The position numbers and the translations under genes were made by a program. Below are positions 59,875 through 64,000 of a DNA stretch of 64,000 nucleotides, one piece after another. Under the pieces are notes generated by a model that was not told the origin of the DNA, did not search any database, and worked only from the letters and a program-made list of their open reading frames with translations. This stretch comes from Octopus bimaculoides (lineage: Eukaryota). Every line of letters starts with the position of its first letter. The stretch's first letter is position 1. The stretch spans positions 55,673,471 through 55,737,470 of the forward strand of contig NC_068981.1 in the NCBI RefSeq assembly GCF_001194135.2, given 5' to 3'.

Positions 59875-61625
59875 GCTCGGACGGTGCTCTTAGCATTCCA
59901 CTGGTACAGGTGCCATCACGATTTCGATTTCACTTGCCCCAGAAGGTCTGCGCAAGCCGAGTTTAGTGTCTAATGAAGGAGAGGTTGGCATGGGTGCCAG
60001 TCGTCGAATTTAGTTCGATTTCGATTTCACTTGCCTCAACAGGTCTTTGCAAAGGAAAGGTACACATAAATGGGCTGGTTACACCCCTGGCAGAGGCCTC
60101 GGATTATGGTCTCACTTGGCTTACCGGGTCTTCTCACGCACAGCATATTTCCAAAGGTCTCGGTCACGAGTCATTGCTTCGGTGAGGCCCAATGTTCGAA
60201 GGTCGTGCTTCACCACTTCATCCCAGGTTCCCTCAACCGCTAGGGTGTGGCACTTTTTCACACAGCTATCCTCATCCATTCTCGCCACATGACCATACCA
60301 GCACACCACAACTGATGCTTCTTAGGTTCAACTTTTCTCTCAAGATACTTACACTCTGTTGTATATGCACACTGACATTACACATCCATCGGAACATACT
60401 AGCTTCATTGCTTGTGAGCTTACGCATGTCCTCAGCAGTCACAGCCCATGTTTCACTGCCATGAAGCATGGCTGTTCGTACACATGCGTCATACAGTCTG
60501 CCTTTTACTCTGAGTGAGAGGCCCTTTGTCACCAGCAGAGGTAAGAGCTCTCTGAACTTTGCCCAGACTATTCTTATTCTAGCAGCTACACTTTCAGTGC
60601 ACCCTCCCCCACTATTGACTTGGTCACCTAGATAACAGAAGCTATCAACTACATCTAGTTTTTCTCCCTGGAATATGGCAGAAGTTGTTCTCTGCACATT
60701 TTCAGTGTTTATTGCTCCTGAACATCTGTCACATACAAAAGCTAACTTCCTAGTTAGCCTTCCTTTGATATTGTTGCACCTCTTATGTGTCCATAGCTTA
60801 CACTGGGTACATCTTATAGAGTTTCTACCTACGCCTTTTCTGCAGATCGAGCAGAGCCATCTACCTGAAGGGGTTTGTGTTTTGTCTACCTTCCTACTTA
60901 TTAGGACTTTGGTTTTAGCTAGGTTGACTCGAAGGCCCTTCGATTCTAGTCCTTGCTTCCACACCTGAAACTTCTCTAGTGACTCAGCAATTAGTGCAAG
61001 GTCATCAGCATTGAGGAGCTCTCAGGGGCATCCTGTCTTGAATTCTTGTGTTATTGCCTGGAGGACTATGATAAATAGGAGGGAGCTGAGAACTGAACCT
61101 TGGTGGACCCCTACCTCTTCCCGGAATTCTTCACTGTACTCATTACCAACCCTCACCTTACTGACATCGTCCCTGTACATGGCTCGCATAGCTCTCACTA
61201 ACTATTCATCTATCCCTAGTTTCCTCGTTGACCACCAGATAAGGGATCTGAGGCGGGGGGCTGCCAAAGGCTTTCTCCATGTCAATGAAAGTCAGGTACA
61301 GAAGTTTATCTTTGGCTCGGTATTTCTCCTGCAGCTGTCTTACCAGAAATATAGCATCAGTGGTGCTTTTCCCTGGCACGAACCCAAACTGCATCTCATC
61401 TAAACTGACTATCTCTCCAATTAGTTGGACTATGACCCTCTCTGTGACTTTCATTACCTCACTCAACAACTTGATACCTCTGTAATTATTTGTATCTAAA
61501 GCGTCACCTTTACCTTTATAGCAGTTGACTATGGTGCTGGTACACCAGTCATTGGGTATGACTCCTTCATGTATCACCTGGTTAACAATATGGGTGACTA
61601 GGCTATAGCCGACACTGCCAGATAT
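59875..61625 (-). mobile_element. RTE LINE, longest copy (RT domain with embedded PHD-like finger), disrupted
   Basis: ORFs 61206-61652 (NYRGIKLLS, QFGFVPGKSTTDAIF, FIDMEKAF) and 60272-60964, 60121-60309. Confidence 0.93.
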
Positions 61626-63261
61626 TTGTATGCTGTAATGCAGAAATATCAAAATTAAATATTTGAAATATTTTAGAGGAAGTTAATAAGAGAAAGCAGT
61701 TTTAAAAGATTTATTTATCAGATATTTCTTTTCTTTAAACGCTCTCATTATTGAATATTTTACTTGTTTCCATTACAAGCATAAACATACTCAAAAATTA
61801 AAAGGTTGAATTTTGACAGATCAAGAATTAGGCTAATGCACCTGCTTATCTCCAATTGCCTTTACTACATAACATCGGTTTACATACTTCTACTTTTGAT
61901 TGTTCAATATATTTAAGTTTGTATAGAAATAAAGGAAGGAAAATATTCAATAAGAGAATTTAAAGAATAAAAATATTCAATAAATAAACTGTTTGCTTAC
62001 GTCTCCAATGCTGTATCCTTGCAGAAAAAATAAATGTTAGTGTATGTTTCTCAATAAAATCACTTTTTAAAAAAATACCCTTTTAGAGTGTTTTTCTTGT
62101 TATTTTCCTTTAAAATATTTAAAAATTCAGTTTTGATATTTTGACATTATAACATCAAAATAAGAAAACTTCAAATTTTCAGTATTCTGAATTGTTCAGT
62201 TTGAAGCTTTAGACAATCTGATTTTTTTTTGTGTGGAAAATTTGGTCTTAACAAATTTCATAATAATCTATATCGACTGGTTTATTTCTGAGATGGAAAA
62301 GTGCAAAAACTGTCTCAGGCAATCAGGTAAGAATGGAGTTAACTTCCCTCCCAAAAGATGATTGTAGTTCCAAAAGGACTACAATCCCTTTAAACATAAA
62401 TTTTTTTTTTTTTTAAATCAGCATCAAATTTACTTTCAGTGTGCATGCTCTGAAAGGAGTGGGAGATGACACCTGATCAACAATAACAGGTGTTTTTGAA
62501 AAGATTTTAGTTCAGCAATGATTTTTTTTCAACAATCTGAGTATGCCATGAAGTTTCCAGACGCGAGTTCTACTTGTGTCAAGTTTCATCAAAATCAATA
62601 AAATGATGTAGGAGGAGTTAGCTAATATCTCCACAGACAGAATTTCCCACATATGTAGTATATATGAAATGGGAAGAGAGATATTTCTTATACATTTGGG
62701 GTAAATCACCCATCTACAGAAGAAAAGTAGTTAAATTATTAAGAAACAAGAGATCTGCTTTGTTCTTGGGGAAGTCATCTGAAATATGTAGAGAATTAAT
62801 ATATTAATTCTCTCTTTAAATTGTTAAAAGCTCTGGACATTATTTCTTTTATAGTTTTCATTTATTACAATACTACCACACTCTTATACACATACACACA
62901 GAGATAAAGGTATGGATGACAGATGGGTGATAAAGGGATGTGTTGAGAGGGACATGAGATAGAGGGGCAAATAATACAAGTGTTAGAAAGGTGAGAGACT
63001 ATCATAGGCCAACAATAAAGATTTGACACTATGCAGATATACATACATGCACACATATACATAATGATGCACACCTATCTGTGTGTATGTATATGATTTT
63101 AGAAGAAAAGTCAGCATGCCAAAAATCAAAGAGATAATTAGTAATTCAAAATAAGAAACCCCAGTAGCTTGCTCAACATTAAGACAGAAGCAGCTAAAAG
63201 TTCAATACCAGATAAAAAAGCACACTTCAGATACTCTAGATACACTGGCATAATTAATATT

Positions 63262-63476
63262 GATTTCAAATTTTGACACAAGACCATCAAGTTTGAGATG
63301 GGGAAGTTGATTTCTTCGACTCTAGTGCTCAACTGGTACTTAATTTATCAACTCTGAAAGGGTGAAAGGCAAAGTTGATCTTGGCAGAGTTTGAACTCAG
63401 ATATAAAGATAGACAAAATGCTGCTAAACATTTTTTACCCAGCATGCTAACACTTCTACCAGCTTGCCACTTTACA
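63262..63476 (-). mobile_element. tRNA-derived SINE (second family) with 15-bp TSD
   Basis: ggcataattaatatt at 63247-63261 and 63477-63491. Confidence 0.88.
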
Positions 63477-63631
63477 GGCATAATTAATATTAATGGTGAC
63501 ATGAAATGCTAAGATGGTTAAATATTCAGTACATATAAAAGATGCAATAGGACCTTGAATAAACGAGAATATTGGACATTATCACATATCATTTGCAAAA
63601 AAAAAAATATTTTACCACGGATATCACCTAG

Positions 63632-64000
63632 TTATGGTTTTTGTCCTGTGTGGTTATGTTTGTGTTTAGTTAAATTATCACTTCTAGAAAATGTTTCCTT
63701 ACATATATCACATCACTGTGATATGATCTTTCTTCAGTGTGAATATGTTTTTGTAATGAGAAATGAACACTTGGGAGAATGTTATATTAGATATCACAGA
63801 AGCATGGTTTCTATCCCAAGAAAATATGTAGCAGGAAAAGTTAAGCAATGTAGAAAATGTTTCATTACAGATACCTCAGTGATATGGTTATTCTTTTGAA
63901 TAAGATGGTGTTACAAACAACCACTTTGAGATAATCTTTGATTACATACAACAAATTGGCCTGATCTTTATCCTGTGTGAATACGTACATGGCGAGATAA
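63632..64000 (-). pseudogene. psiZF8: 3' end of decayed C2H2 paralog, truncated by the window edge
   Basis: Minus strand LSRHVRIHTG*, several broken fingers with stops and frameshifts, terminal [19 protein letters not shown]. Confidence 0.85.

Noticed and set aside
1-64000. CRISPR array, rRNA or prokaryotic operon features
   Set aside because: None seen; the periodic repeats are coding ZF units and eukaryotic TEs.

Overview
AT-rich eukaryotic DNA that looks like a cephalopod (Octopus-type) tandem cluster of C2H2 zinc-finger genes. The taxon is inferred from the cluster type plus the RTE/CORE-SINE repeat landscape and was not database-checked. There are six intact-looking KRAB-less poly-C2H2 genes, each with a single coding exon (my labels ZF1, ZF2 on +; ZF3, ZF5, ZF6, ZF7 on -), and two ZNF pseudogenes (psiZF4 ~31.7-32.5 kb, psiZF8 at the right edge). 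The paralogs share a hidden non-coding architecture. It comprises a non-coding first exon with a conserved GTAAGT donor (found for ZF2/5/6/7), a conserved AG|GTTATCAGAT acceptor 371-407 nt upstream of the ATG, a conserved AATAAA ~90 nt upstream of the ATG, a shared stop codon position and shared 3' blocks. Joining the predicted donor and acceptor creates an ATG exactly at the junction (AT|G) that opens a 21-26 codon uORF; this is the most interesting lead. Intergenic and intronic DNA is full of decayed RTE LINEs, tRNA-derived SINEs, CR1/L2 and CRE-like fragments, and MITEs (piggyBac-, Tigger- and Merlin-like). An unclassified TATA-bearing element is present twice, next to or inside ZF gene 5' regions. 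There are three assembly gaps. No tRNA, rRNA or CRISPR features are supported. All alignments and coordinates were done by eye.
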